A stretch of DNA of 64,000 nucleotides from an uncultured Candidatus Saccharibacteria bacterium (GCA_964461505.1 CAYWUW010000001.1:33792-97791), one strand, 5' to 3'; counted from the first letter of the stretch, positions 45,459 to 53,966 are shown. The notes: a model not told the origin generated them from the letters alone. A program made the numbers and translations.

Positions 45459-46169
45459 ATGAAGAAGCGGTTTGCGGTTTTTGATATTGATGGAACCTTA
45501 ATTCGTTGGCAACTTTATCATGCGCTTGTTGATAGGTTGGCAAAGCGTGGTTATTTGGGTGAAGGAGTTTATGAAAAACTACAAAAAGCACGGATGGATT
45601 GGAAGGTTCGGATGAGTGATGAGGGTTTTTATGAATACGAAAATGAGTTAATTAGAATTTTTAGCGAATCTGTTGAAGGTCTGGATGTTGAAGTATTTGA
45701 AGAGGTAGTAGATGAGATTTTTGAGCAATATAAAGATCAGGTTTATACTTACACGCGAGATCTAATTGCTAAGCTTAAGTCCAAAAACTATTTTTTGATT
45801 GCGATATCTGGTTCGCATAAAGAACTTGTTGAAAAGATTGCCGATTATTACGGTTTTGATGATTTTGCTGGAACAGATTACTTTCGAGAAAACTCTAAAC
45901 TTAAGAGCCAGGCTTTTGTGGCCTCTCATCATAAAAAAGAATTGCTAGAAATGATGATTAAAAAGCACAATTTAAGCTTAGATGAATCTTATGCGGTTGG
46001 AGATACGGCGAGTGATGCACCAATGCTAGGCTTAGTTAAAAATGCGGTTGCTTTTAATCCTGATAAGAAGTTGTATACTTTAGCTAAACAGAACAATTGG
46101 CAGATTGTGGTAGAAAGGAAGAACGTGGTTTATGAGTTTGAAGCCGGAAGTTCAGGAAAGGCTGATTGA
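45459..46169 (+). CDS. HAD-IB hydrolase (phosphoserine-phosphatase-like)
   Basis: FDIDGTLI, ISGS, GDTASDAPML. Confidence 0.75.
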   Translation: MKKRFAVFDIDGTLIRWQLYHALVDRLAKRGYLGEGVYEKLQKARMDWKVRMSDEGFYEYENELIRIFSESVEGLDVEVFEEVVDEIFEQYKDQVYTYTRDLIAKLKSKNYFLIAISGSHKELVEKIADYYGFDDFAGTDYFRENSKLKSQAFVASHHKKELLEMMIKKHNLSLDESYAVGDTASDAPMLGLVKNAVAFNPDKKLYTLAKQNNWQIVVERKNVVYEFEAGSSGKAD

Positions 46170-46554
46170 TCTACTCGATGAGTTAGAAGATCCGAATTGC
46201 GGGCGTTATGAGGCTATTGCTCATGTTCTAGAACATATAACTGCGCTTTATAAATCACCTTTTTATGGATGCGGTGGGGAGCCTCTTGTTTTGGAGCTTG
46301 CCCTGCTCCCTTTGTGTGTTAGATTGGGCGTGGCGGTAAAAATTGTAGAACTTGAACAGGATCTTGAAACTCCGGTGGGTAAAGAAGGTTTTGGTAAAGA
46401 AGGTTTTGATGAGGAATTAAGTTTAGCAGTAGAACATTGGGAAAATATAGAAACACTGCCGAAAGATGCATTGAGTGAAGGGATTTGGTGGTTAAAGATT
46501 ATGCCCGCAATGGTGGATGCTGGCTATAATCTAACAACTGGGGCTAGTTCTTAG
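46132..46554 (+). CDS. hypothetical acidic protein
   Basis: 140-aa ORF overlapping both neighbours; contains a 15-bp tandem duplication (GKEGF x2). Confidence 0.35.
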   Translation: MSLKPEVQERLIDLLDELEDPNCGRYEAIAHVLEHITALYKSPFYGCGGEPLVLELALLPLCVRLGVAVKIVELEQDLETPVGKEGFGKEGFDEELSLAVEHWENIETLPKDALSEGIWWLKIMPAMVDAGYNLTTGASS

Positions 46555-46970
46555 GAGTTTTGATCCATCAGGCGATTGGCTTCGGCATCGGCCAGTTTGT
46601 TGTATTCGCGCAAAACGTGGGTAAACTTAACTTGTTTGAATTCTTGAACTAATTTTTTGATTTGTTCGTAAACAACGGCGAGATCTTTATTTTTGACTTT
46701 GTAGATTCCACTCATTTGGTTAACAACCAAGAGGCTATCGAGGCGGAATTCGATTTCTTCTATTTGTAGTTCTTGGGCACGTTGGAGGGCAAAAAGCACG
46801 GCTCTGTATTCGGCTTGGTTGTTGGTGGTTACGCCTAAGAACTTGCCTCCTGTTTCTAAAACGTTTTGGCCGGTTTGATCTTGAATTACGAATCCGCTAG
46901 CACTTGGGCCTGGGTTGCCGCGGGAGCCTCCATCTGCGTTGATAATTACTTTTTTGGGGAAATCTGTCAT
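46551..46970 (-). CDS. rnhA: ribonuclease HI-type protein
   Basis: INADGGSRGNPGPSASG, NNQAEYRAVLFAL, DSLLVVNQ. Confidence 0.8.
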   Translation of the reverse strand: MTDFPKKVIINADGGSRGNPGPSASGFVIQDQTGQNVLETGGKFLGVTTNNQAEYRAVLFALQRAQELQIEEIEFRLDSLLVVNQMSGIYKVKNKDLAVVYEQIKKLVQEFKQVKFTHVLREYNKLADAEANRLMDQNS

Positions 46971-47074
46971 ATTATTTGCTTAGAGCTTAATTGTAACATC
47001 TTCTACTCTTTTCATCCTGAGTGAAGTGTAGGGAATATCTTTTTTCATCACAGACTCCTTCTTGTCTTCCTGAA

Positions 47075-47101
47075 CTATGGCATGTCGCCATGACGTGCTC
47101 G
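47075..47101 (-). repeat. partial inverted copy of family A core
   Basis: CTATGGCATGTCGCCATGACGTGCTCG is the reverse complement of the A core. Confidence 0.6.
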
Positions 47102-47139
47102 TTTTAAGGATCTAATTAAAGAAAGATTCATTTATTATT

Positions 47140-47166
47140 TTCTTTTTTCAAAAAAGAAACAAAAAC
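47140..47166 (+). repeat. repeat family C copy
   Basis: TTCTTTTTTCAAAAAAGAAACAAAAAC. Confidence 0.8.
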
Positions 47167-47324
47167 TCCCGCTCTCCATTCCGCTTACCGTTTAAGACGT
47201 TACAGCTCCGCAATCTCTGGCGGAAGGGTGGAGGGCTCCGCCCGAAGTTGGTCTGCATAGCTATTGGGCTTAGCCCTATATTCGTAGTGCTTGAGTAGTT
47301 TTTTGGAATCTAATTGATTTAAGT

Positions 47325-48413
47325 TTAGTTCCAGGTCAGTTTGGCGCGGGATCCTAAAGCGGTGATCCAGGTTTGGCCGCGATTAAGCTTAATCTCGCTA
47401 CCTAGAGAATCGGTAAACTTAAGTTGTGAGCTTTGATCTGGCTTTTGCCAAGTTGCTGAGGTGGCGGTTCCATTTTGAAAAATAACTGCTTCTCCGCTTC
47501 CGCTAGTTTGGTAGGCGGAACGTGAACCATCTTCTTGAACAATTGAGTAATTAGAGATAATAGCGACAACGACTTTTGGTTCTAATTGAACACCAGATTT
47601 ATCTAAATGGGCTGCTCCACCCTGGTTCCGTTTGTAAGAATTGTTGGTTGGATCATAAATGTATTGAACATTATATTTGCCTGAAGAAATATTAAGCTTA
47701 ATATCTGTAGCATTTGGGGCGGTAGATTTTTGATCTTCGCTGCGAGCAAAGAAGGTTGCTTCTTCTAACTTGTTGTTTTTGCTTTGGTTGTAGTTATCGA
47801 TTAGTTCTTTGCTGGTGTAAACATTATGCGGAGCCTTTCTATCTTTGCTGCGCCAAAAACTTTTGCCATTGGCAAATTGATCCATATCCTTCCAGGTTCC
47901 GTTTCTTACTAAGCTTAAGGCTTTTTGGCTACCTCCAACATGAGCAATTGTAGCGGAATATGGGCGCAGCCAATCTAAAAAGTATGGGCGAAGCGAACGA
48001 ACAGGTCCGATTTCTGCAGGAAGTTCTTCTTGATAGATGGCTGCAAAACGTGTGATTCCTCCTTCGGCGATAGCTTCGTAAATAATTCCGGCTTGATTGA
48101 GGCCAGATTGGGGGCGGGCATCGGTGTGGTTTTCGATGATAACTGCGGTGATTGGGCGAGAGGCTTGTTCTGCGCTAACCTCTACGCCAGTTAAAGGGGA
48201 ATAGATTTTTTGCTCGGTTTGTTGGGATGTTCTTTGAGGTAGAGGCTGAATTTTAACTTGTGTTTCGGTTTTTCTGCTTTTTATAAAGAGGATTAATCCG
48301 GCTGCTAAGCTTAATCCTAAAATTATGGATAGTATAAGCTTTTGTTTTTTGGTGAGATGAAACTTTTTTTGTTTGGGGTTAGATTCTGCAGAGTTCTTTT
48401 TTTTGTGAAGCAT
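47325..48413 (-). CDS. DUF3048-type exported protein (YerB-like)
   Basis: TM anchor; ITAVIIENHTDARPQSGLNQAGIIYEAIAEGGITRF. Confidence 0.7.
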   Translation of the reverse strand: MLHKKKNSAESNPKQKKFHLTKKQKLILSIILGLSLAAGLILFIKSRKTETQVKIQPLPQRTSQQTEQKIYSPLTGVEVSAEQASRPITAVIIENHTDARPQSGLNQAGIIYEAIAEGGITRFAAIYQEELPAEIGPVRSLRPYFLDWLRPYSATIAHVGGSQKALSLVRNGTWKDMDQFANGKSFWRSKDRKAPHNVYTSKELIDNYNQSKNNKLEEATFFARSEDQKSTAPNATDIKLNISSGKYNVQYIYDPTNNSYKRNQGGAAHLDKSGVQLEPKVVVAIISNYSIVQEDGSRSAYQTSGSGEAVIFQNGTATSATWQKPDQSSQLKFTDSLGSEIKLNRGQTWITALGSRAKLTWN

Positions 48414-48466
48414 TTTTTTTGTTTTGTTTGGCTCTTGCTGCTTTTAAGCTTAAGCTTAGCATAAAG

Positions 48467-49267
48467 TTAAATCTTTAGGCTATAAAGTGCGGCAGCAACA
48501 GAGGTGGCAAGATTCATGCTGCTAACTCCAATTTGCATTGGTAGGCGGATTATCTTTTGAGATTTAAGCTTAAGTTCTTGAGAAATGCCGTCTCTTTCGG
48601 ATCCAAAAACTAGAATTGCATTGGCTGGAATTTGGGCCTTAAGCTTAGTGCTAAGATCTTCTCCTCTTTCGTCGAATGAGATCAAGATGGGGCTTTTCGA
48701 TTCTGGGCTTAAGATTCCTTTGCTCAGGAAGGTGGGGGTGTTTTTGATTTGGTGGATGTTGAGGGCAAATTGGAGCCCGGCAGCGGCGCGAATGGCTGTG
48801 GCGTTCCAGGGGTTTGAGCTTCCGGTTAGGATGAGTTGTTGAATTCCGGCGGCGGCGCAAACTCTAATTACGGCTCCGATGTTGCTGAGATCTTTAGGGT
48901 TATCAAGAAGGATTGTGTGGTTTTCAATAGAATCTTCATTGCTGCTTTGTTTTGGCAAGGGCAAGGTTTTTTGGGGTTTGTAGAAGATTCCGAGAACGGC
49001 TGTTCTTATTTTAGAATCTGTTAATTGATCGAAGTTTGCGAGTTCTTGGGATTCTTTTTTGAGTAGCGGTGTGATATCTGGGCAAAGTTTTTGGCTAAGC
49101 TTAAGCAAATCGGCTTTGTTTTGGGTGATTATGATTTTTGGTTTGGCCTTAAAGCGGAGGGTGTGTTTGATGGCATGGAGGCCTTCGACGAGGGCGAATT
49201 CCCCTGCTCCGGTTCTGTTTTGATCTATTAAAGATTTTATTTTTGTTAAGTTTAGTGGCTCTTGCAT
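48467..49267 (-). CDS. SPOUT (TrmH/SpoU-family) RNA 2'-O-methyltransferase
   Basis: LLDNPKDLSNIGAVIRVCAAAG, FGSERDGIS, SSMNLATSVAAALY. Confidence 0.8.
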   Translation of the reverse strand: MQEPLNLTKIKSLIDQNRTGAGEFALVEGLHAIKHTLRFKAKPKIIITQNKADLLKLSQKLCPDITPLLKKESQELANFDQLTDSKIRTAVLGIFYKPQKTLPLPKQSSNEDSIENHTILLDNPKDLSNIGAVIRVCAAAGIQQLILTGSSNPWNATAIRAAAGLQFALNIHQIKNTPTFLSKGILSPESKSPILISFDERGEDLSTKLKAQIPANAILVFGSERDGISQELKLKSQKIIRLPMQIGVSSMNLATSVAAALYSLKI

Positions 49268-49287
49268 GTAAAAGTAGATATGTTTTG

Positions 49288-49296
49288 TAGTATAAT
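49288..49296 (+). promoter_or_regulatory. -10 box TAGTATAAT upstream of tRNA-Arg
   Basis: 60 nt upstream of the tRNA 5' end; divergent from the TrmH-family gene. Confidence 0.4.
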
Positions 49297-49355
49297 ATTA
49301 AGTGCAAAGGGGTTTTTGGGTCAAGTCTAAAAACTCTGTATGCGTATGTTTATTT

Positions 49356-49432
49356 GTACCCGTAGCTCAGATGGATAGAGCGTTGGCTTGCGGAGCCAGA
49401 GGCCATAGGTTCGAATCCTATCGGGTACACCA
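49356..49432 (+). tRNA. tRNA-Arg (anticodon GCG), CCA encoded
   Basis: GTACCCGTAGCTCAGATGGATAGAGCGTTGGCTTGCGGAGCCAGAGGCCATAGGTTCGAATCCTATCGGGTACACCA; anticodon loop TTGCGGA. Confidence 0.85.
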
Positions 49433-49435
49433 AGA

Positions 49436-49477
49436 CTTTCGAACGGAATTATAAAAGAAGCCTTAAGGCTTCTTTTT
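49436..49477 (+). repeat. partial family H copy (H0) including hairpin
   Basis: TTCGAACGGAAT..AAAGAAGCCTTAAGGCTTCTTTTT parallels the 3' half of H1. Confidence 0.55.
49455..49477. terminator. bidirectional intrinsic terminator
   Basis: AAGAAGCC-TTAA-GGCTTCTT flanked by A and T runs. Follows tRNA-Arg and encloses the stop of the convergent kinase gene. Confidence 0.7.
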
Positions 49478-49999
49478 GTGTAGTCTTTTAAGGCAATATT
49501 CATAGAGTTCTTCTAAGCTCTTATTGCTCGAGTCTATTATCCATTCATCTTTAATCTCGACTAAGCAGTTCAACTGATGTTCTATATTCCTTCGTCTTTC
49601 GTCTAGGTTATTGAGATCGCTGTCCCGTCCTCTGGTTGTCATTCTTTCAATAATCTTATCCTTACTTGGCGCTAGCGCCACAACCGTAGAATCAATAGAC
49701 TCTTTGTCTAACAAGTCTATATATGCGGTTAAAGGGTTTGGCGGTAGCTTATAGAGTATGAACTCGAGAATAACACTTGTACCTTCTTTAAGCATATTAA
49801 TGATGTCTGCAAAAACTTCCGATTGGACAATACTCTCTTGTTCGGGCGTACGATTACCTGTATCGAATTTAGCCTTTACCCAGTACTTATCTTCTTCGAC
49901 ATAGTTCCAGCCCAACTTCTCTGCAGTGTACTTTGCTAGAGTAGATTTGCCACTCCCTCCTGGTCCGATGATTAGCAGGACTTTACCTTTTTTACTCAT
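49463..49999 (-). CDS. P-loop NTPase/kinase (AAA_33 or chloramphenicol-phosphotransferase-like)
   Basis: LIIGPGGSGKSTLAK Walker A; 178 aa. Confidence 0.6.
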   Translation of the reverse strand: MSKKGKVLLIIGPGGSGKSTLAKYTAEKLGWNYVEEDKYWVKAKFDTGNRTPEQESIVQSEVFADIINMLKEGTSVILEFILYKLPPNPLTAYIDLLDKESIDSTVVALAPSKDKIIERMTTRGRDSDLNNLDERRRNIEHQLNCLVEIKDEWIIDSSNKSLEELYEYCLKRLHKKKP

Positions 50000-50032
50000 A
50001 GTGAAGATTATATATTAATACAGTTCCACACC

Positions 50033-50136
50033 TTCTCTTGCTATACTAACAATATCTAAATAATGTTCCGTTCGGAATACGTCTATTAAGGGATGCTAAC
50101 AGGAATCGCTAAAGAAGCCATAGGGCTTCTTTTTTT
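50033..50136 (+). repeat. family H repeat copy H1 (with terminator hairpin)
   Basis: TGCTATACTAACAATATCTAAATAATGTTCCGTTCGGAATACGTCTATTAAGGGATGCT...AAAGAAGCCATAGGGCTTCTTTTTTT. Confidence 0.85.
50111..50136 (+). terminator. intrinsic terminator-like hairpin inside H1
   Basis: AAAGAAGCC-ATA-GGGCTTCT followed by T7. Confidence 0.6.
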
Positions 50137-50161
50137 GTTTAAGCTGGTATAGTTATTAGTA

Positions 50162-51151
50162 ATGAAGAGTTTAATAAATGAGCTTAATTTTGCAAAAGAC
50201 CGTAAGTACTCGAAGGGTTTGGAAGAGAATGCGTTCGGTACATCCGAGTCATCGGTGATCATTGAAGTCATTTCAAAGAAAGTGTATCAACAGATTGGTA
50301 GCAAGCCTGAGTCTCTCAAGTTCTTTGCTGCTAGCGCCGCCTTAGTGTACGGTTTTGTATTGGCAGGTGGTCAAGAGGTTGTACTAAAAGTTTTTCCTCC
50401 CGACTGGAAGAAGGATAATCTAAAGATTTCTAGAGAGATTCAAGGACAACTGTTTGAATCTGGCTATCCTATTACAGAGCCCCTAGGTGATGTATTTGAG
50501 ATAGCTGGTACTTGCGCCACTTTAGACAGATATAAAGAAGCTTCTCCTGAGTCAGAGTTGTACAGTAGAGAATATTTAAAGAAGCTTGCGTCTGGTTTGT
50601 ATGATTTGGCAAATTTATGCTCTAAATTCAAAGTAGAAAAGCTACCCGGATCTGTTGATCAGTTTGGATGGACTGATAATGAGAGATGGGGTAAGCAAGT
50701 AAGACCAGAGATTGATTTAGATGATAATCCTGAAGGTGCTGAATGGATCGAAGAGCTTGGAGAGAGGGCACGATCTATGTCGGCAAGCCCATCCGGAAGA
50801 ACTGTTATAGCACACGATGACTGGTTGCCTCATAACGTTCGATTCGGTAAAGATTTGTCATTAGAGATTGTTTATGATTGGGATAGCTTATGTAGGGGGC
50901 TTGAAACTGTTTTTGTAGGTAAGGCCTGTCTGGCAGCTAGGTCAGAAGACATCCCTTTCTTCATAGGAGAATATGAGAAGGCCGCAGGCTATAAGTTTAA
51001 TAAAGATGAACTAAGAACTTTGGCGGGTACAGCGTTATGGATGAGGGCATTTCTGGCGAGATGGGAGCATAGCCAGAGCAAGGAGCCCAATGGCTATCTT
51101 AGGGATAGGCTGAAAAGTGATGCCGGTATTCTGGGTAAGCTTACAGAGTGA
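50162..51151 (+). CDS. aminoglycoside-phosphotransferase (APH)-fold kinase
   Basis: VIAHDDWLPHNV (HxDxxxxN) and VYDWDSL (DxD). Confidence 0.65.
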   Translation: MKSLINELNFAKDRKYSKGLEENAFGTSESSVIIEVISKKVYQQIGSKPESLKFFAASAALVYGFVLAGGQEVVLKVFPPDWKKDNLKISREIQGQLFESGYPITEPLGDVFEIAGTCATLDRYKEASPESELYSREYLKKLASGLYDLANLCSKFKVEKLPGSVDQFGWTDNERWGKQVRPEIDLDDNPEGAEWIEELGERARSMSASPSGRTVIAHDDWLPHNVRFGKDLSLEIVYDWDSLCRGLETVFVGKACLAARSEDIPFFIGEYEKAAGYKFNKDELRTLAGTALWMRAFLARWEHSQSKEPNGYLRDRLKSDAGILGKLTE

Positions 51152-51174
51152 CGGTAGTTCTAGAGCGGGTCTGT

Positions 51175-51258
51175 TTCTCCTGCTATACTAACAATATCCA
51201 GATAATATTCCGTTCGGAACACGTCTATTAAGGAACACCATTGAGATTATTCATCGAA
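51175..51258 (+). repeat. family H repeat copy H2 (no terminator)
   Basis: TGCTATACTAACAATATCCAGATAATATTCCGTTCGGAACACGTCTATTAAGGAACACC. Confidence 0.85.
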
Positions 51259-51260
51259 CT

Positions 51261-51776
51261 TTAAGAGAGTTTGTTCTTCACCCTTGCAAGATATTCATCG
51301 TGAACGTCTTTTTTGTACCAAAGTAATCTCTTTCCGCAATAGGGGTCTACTTGTTTGTGTGATGTGACCCCGTAAAATATTGGGGTAGGCTTTAGTTGAA
51401 CTCTAAATTCAGTTTGTATATTGTACTTATTCTGTAGGTGTTTGACTAAATCTACAACCGCTTCGAACTGAATATTGTTTCTATCTAGTGACTTGGAGTT
51501 CAAGCCTTGTATCTCGATTCCTATGCTACTGTTATTTGCTCCTCTTGCGTGGTGACATAAGACGGTTGGGTCTGAGACAAGCTGGTATATATCCCCCTCT
51601 TTTGTCACGGCAAATTGAACTGAGGTCTTCCACCTCTTTAAGCCTTTAATCAGATACTCTATCCCTCCGAACCAAGATGGGACTTGCCACCAATGCAGTA
51701 CAATTGAGGTGGGGACTATTCTCTGCGATTGATCTACCCACGAAAGATTTATCTTACTTATCTTCATCAACTCCAA
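51261..51776 (-). CDS. N-acetylmuramoyl-L-alanine amidase (Amidase_2/PGRP fold)
   Basis: IVLHWW, GANNSSIGIEIQG, VTSHKQVDPYCGK. Confidence 0.65.
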   Translation of the reverse strand: MELMKISKINLSWVDQSQRIVPTSIVLHWWQVPSWFGGIEYLIKGLKRWKTSVQFAVTKEGDIYQLVSDPTVLCHHARGANNSSIGIEIQGLNSKSLDRNNIQFEAVVDLVKHLQNKYNIQTEFRVQLKPTPIFYGVTSHKQVDPYCGKRLLWYKKDVHDEYLARVKNKLS

Positions 51777-51799
51777 TAATATCAGACTTCTGAGTTGAT

Positions 51800-51901
51800 A
51801 TCCCCTGCTATACTAACGATATCTAGATAATATTCTATTCGGGATGTGTCTATTAAGGGATGCTATTGAGATTACTAAAGAAGTCTTAAAGCTTCTTTTT
51901 G
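51800..51901 (+). repeat. family H repeat copy H3 (with terminator hairpin)
   Basis: TGCTATACTAACGATATCTAGATAATATTCTATTCGGGATGTGTCTATTAAGGGATGCT...AAAGAAGTCTTAAAGCTTCTTTTT. Confidence 0.85.
51878..51900 (+). terminator. intrinsic terminator-like hairpin inside H3
   Basis: AAGAAG-TCTTAAAG-CTTCTT followed by T run. Confidence 0.45.
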
Positions 51902-51914
51902 TTATGATTAAGTT

Positions 51915-52670
51915 ATGAATCAAATGGCTGTTAGCAACAATGACATTGTTGCTAGGTGCAGACTTATACTTACGGCTTACTCTAACGGCGGACTAGGCGA
52001 TATCACAATGCCTGAAGATTGTGCACCAGATTTTGGTACTGACACCGAAGGAAGGCTAGCCTTCTTCACACTGCCAATGGCTCTCAACTATCAACGTAAT
52101 AGCACTGTACTTTGGCAGTCCGCCCTTCTAACTTGGAAAGATAAAGGAACGCGTGATGTATTCGACTTAGCTGCAGTCAGTAAAATGACTGAAGAAGAGC
52201 TACGGAAAAAGTTGGTTAAATATAAATTAGCCCTACAGCCTAATAAGCACATTAATTCCTGGTCTAGGATTGCCGAAACCGTATATGAGAAATGGGGTTC
52301 TTTCAAGGTATTCCTTAATGAGATGGATAATGATTACCTAAAGTTGAGAGAGTGTATTCAGGGTGGTATGAAATCAGGCTTTCCATATCTTGCCGGTCCT
52401 AAGTTATTTAACTACTGGTGCTATGTTCTAACGAGATATTGCGGGGTTCCACTTAAAAATAGCGAGTTAGTCGAGATTGCTTTAGGCTCACACGTTACAA
52501 GGTGCTCCGTTCTACTCGGTGTTATTACTCAAGACAAGGCTAATAACCTATCTAAAGAAGTGATTTATGCAAAATGGAGAGGAGTGCTTGAGGGTTCAGG
52601 GATTAATCCAATTGATTTACACTCCCCATTATGGTTTTGGAGTAGGAATGGTTTCTTGTTAAAAGTATAA
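51915..52670 (+). CDS. hypothetical protein, possibly HhH-GPD-like DNA glycosylase fold
   Basis: weak resemblance only (LAGPKLFNYW); 251 aa. Confidence 0.3.
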   Translation: MNQMAVSNNDIVARCRLILTAYSNGGLGDITMPEDCAPDFGTDTEGRLAFFTLPMALNYQRNSTVLWQSALLTWKDKGTRDVFDLAAVSKMTEEELRKKLVKYKLALQPNKHINSWSRIAETVYEKWGSFKVFLNEMDNDYLKLRECIQGGMKSGFPYLAGPKLFNYWCYVLTRYCGVPLKNSELVEIALGSHVTRCSVLLGVITQDKANNLSKEVIYAKWRGVLEGSGINPIDLHSPLWFWSRNGFLLKV

Positions 52671-52707
52671 GCTTTATAGACCTAAGGTGTACCTTTTAAG
52701 TCTCATT

Positions 52708-52786
52708 TTCCCCTGCTATACTAACAATATCTAGATAGTATTCCGTTCGGAACACGTTTATTAAGGTATGTTGTTAGGGTTACTGG
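52708..52786 (+). repeat. family H repeat copy H4 (no terminator)
   Basis: TGCTATACTAACAATATCTAGATAGTATTCCGTTCGGAACACGTTTATTAAGGTATG. Confidence 0.85.
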
Positions 52787-52863
52787 ATATGTTAGTTTGA
52801 TTATTCATTTTAAAGTGTTGTAGTATTAAGCTTAAGTTAGTTCTATAAATGAGGAAATGAAAT

Positions 52864-53475
52864 ATGGAAGCGCCAAGGTTTGAACAGGAACTCACAGATT
52901 TAGCTTCTGGAATGGGGGGGGCTTTAGAGCTTAGCCACTATGTGGTTGAGTCATCGTCTAGCCCAGATGCTAAGCCTCTAAGTCAGCAGGCTGCTGAAGC
53001 ATGGGGAGAAATAGATGATTCAGCTGGAGATAGAGCAGTGTTGCAGAAATTTGGGTTTGGTCCTGATTGGCAACAGATCTGTAGCAAGGGTAATGCCACT
53101 AATAGGCCAATGGTTGTTGTACCTGCGGTTAATACTGAAGCTATAAGGGATGGTCTAAATTATATACCTGCTAGAAATCACGTAGCAACAATAGTAGAAT
53201 ACCAAATCCTTGTGGCTGTGCTGGGCCATTACGTTGGGATGGATGAAGACTTGGCTAAACAACGTGCAGACGAGCTTTATGCTGTGGCCAGGAGTGAGGT
53301 TTATGTGTCCGAAGGAGGGCAGGTTATAGTTGGGGGTAAAGTGATAGTATTGCCCGGTGGAAAGGGTGAGCTACATCTACAGCGTTTAGCCCCTCAGGGA
53401 TCGTGCAAAGATCTTCAAATTGTTCTTTCTCCTGCAGGTTCAAGTGTTATACCTTATAAAAAACCTGCTTCTTGA
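52864..53475 (+). CDS. hypothetical protein
   Basis: 203-aa ORF, GC-richer, GAGGAAATGAAAT before the ATG; no domain recognised. Confidence 0.45.
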   Translation: MEAPRFEQELTDLASGMGGALELSHYVVESSSSPDAKPLSQQAAEAWGEIDDSAGDRAVLQKFGFGPDWQQICSKGNATNRPMVVVPAVNTEAIRDGLNYIPARNHVATIVEYQILVAVLGHYVGMDEDLAKQRADELYAVARSEVYVSEGGQVIVGGKVIVLPGGKGELHLQRLAPQGSCKDLQIVLSPAGSSVIPYKKPAS

Positions 53476-53480
53476 ATGGG

Positions 53481-53966
53481 TTAAGAAGTCTTCTTTTTGT
53501 CTAGCTTATCTAGCTTTAGGCCTTGGACCAAAAAATAAATTACTGCTGCAGTGGCAATTAAGGTTAAAAGTGAGTTGGCGGCTGAGCCCCAAGCTATAAT
53601 AAGTTCTTTGCCGCTGCGTTCTAGGCCGGTGTGCCAAGCAAGAGTGCTAAGATCGGATCCGCCTAAAATAAAGCCGATAATTGGGTTGATGAATCCATCA
53701 ACAATTGCTTTAACGGTTGCTCCAGAGGCGACTCCGATTGCTAAACCTACGGCTAAGCCGATTACGCCCTGTTCTCTTATAAAATCGGTAAACCCAGAGA
53801 TTTGACCTTTGGTTCTTGAACCAACGCTTTTGAGATCTTTTTTTAGTTCGCCTTCTAGTTCGGCAAGTTCTTGCTTGGTTTTTTTACCGGTTCTTTCGAT
53901 ATCTTTTTTTATTTTTTGTTCTAAGTTCACTAGAGTCTTTTTTTGGTTATTCTTTTGTGTAGCCAT
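53481..53966 (-). CDS. mscL: large-conductance mechanosensitive channel MscL with Lys-rich N-terminal extension
   Basis: FIREQGVIGLAVGLAIGVASG..IVDGFINPIIG core preceded by about 55 extra residues. Confidence 0.8.
   Translation of the reverse strand: MATQKNNQKKTLVNLEQKIKKDIERTGKKTKQELAELEGELKKDLKSVGSRTKGQISGFTDFIREQGVIGLAVGLAIGVASGATVKAIVDGFINPIIGFILGGSDLSTLAWHTGLERSGKELIIAWGSAANSLLTLIATAAVIYFLVQGLKLDKLDKKKTS

Noticed and set aside
50033-52786. Classical integron with attC sites
   Set aside because: I could not find the RYYYAAC / GTTRRRY core sites in the H repeats. Cassette orientations are mixed, and no intI-type integrase is present in the window. The cassette-like layout is reported as a finding, but not as an integron.
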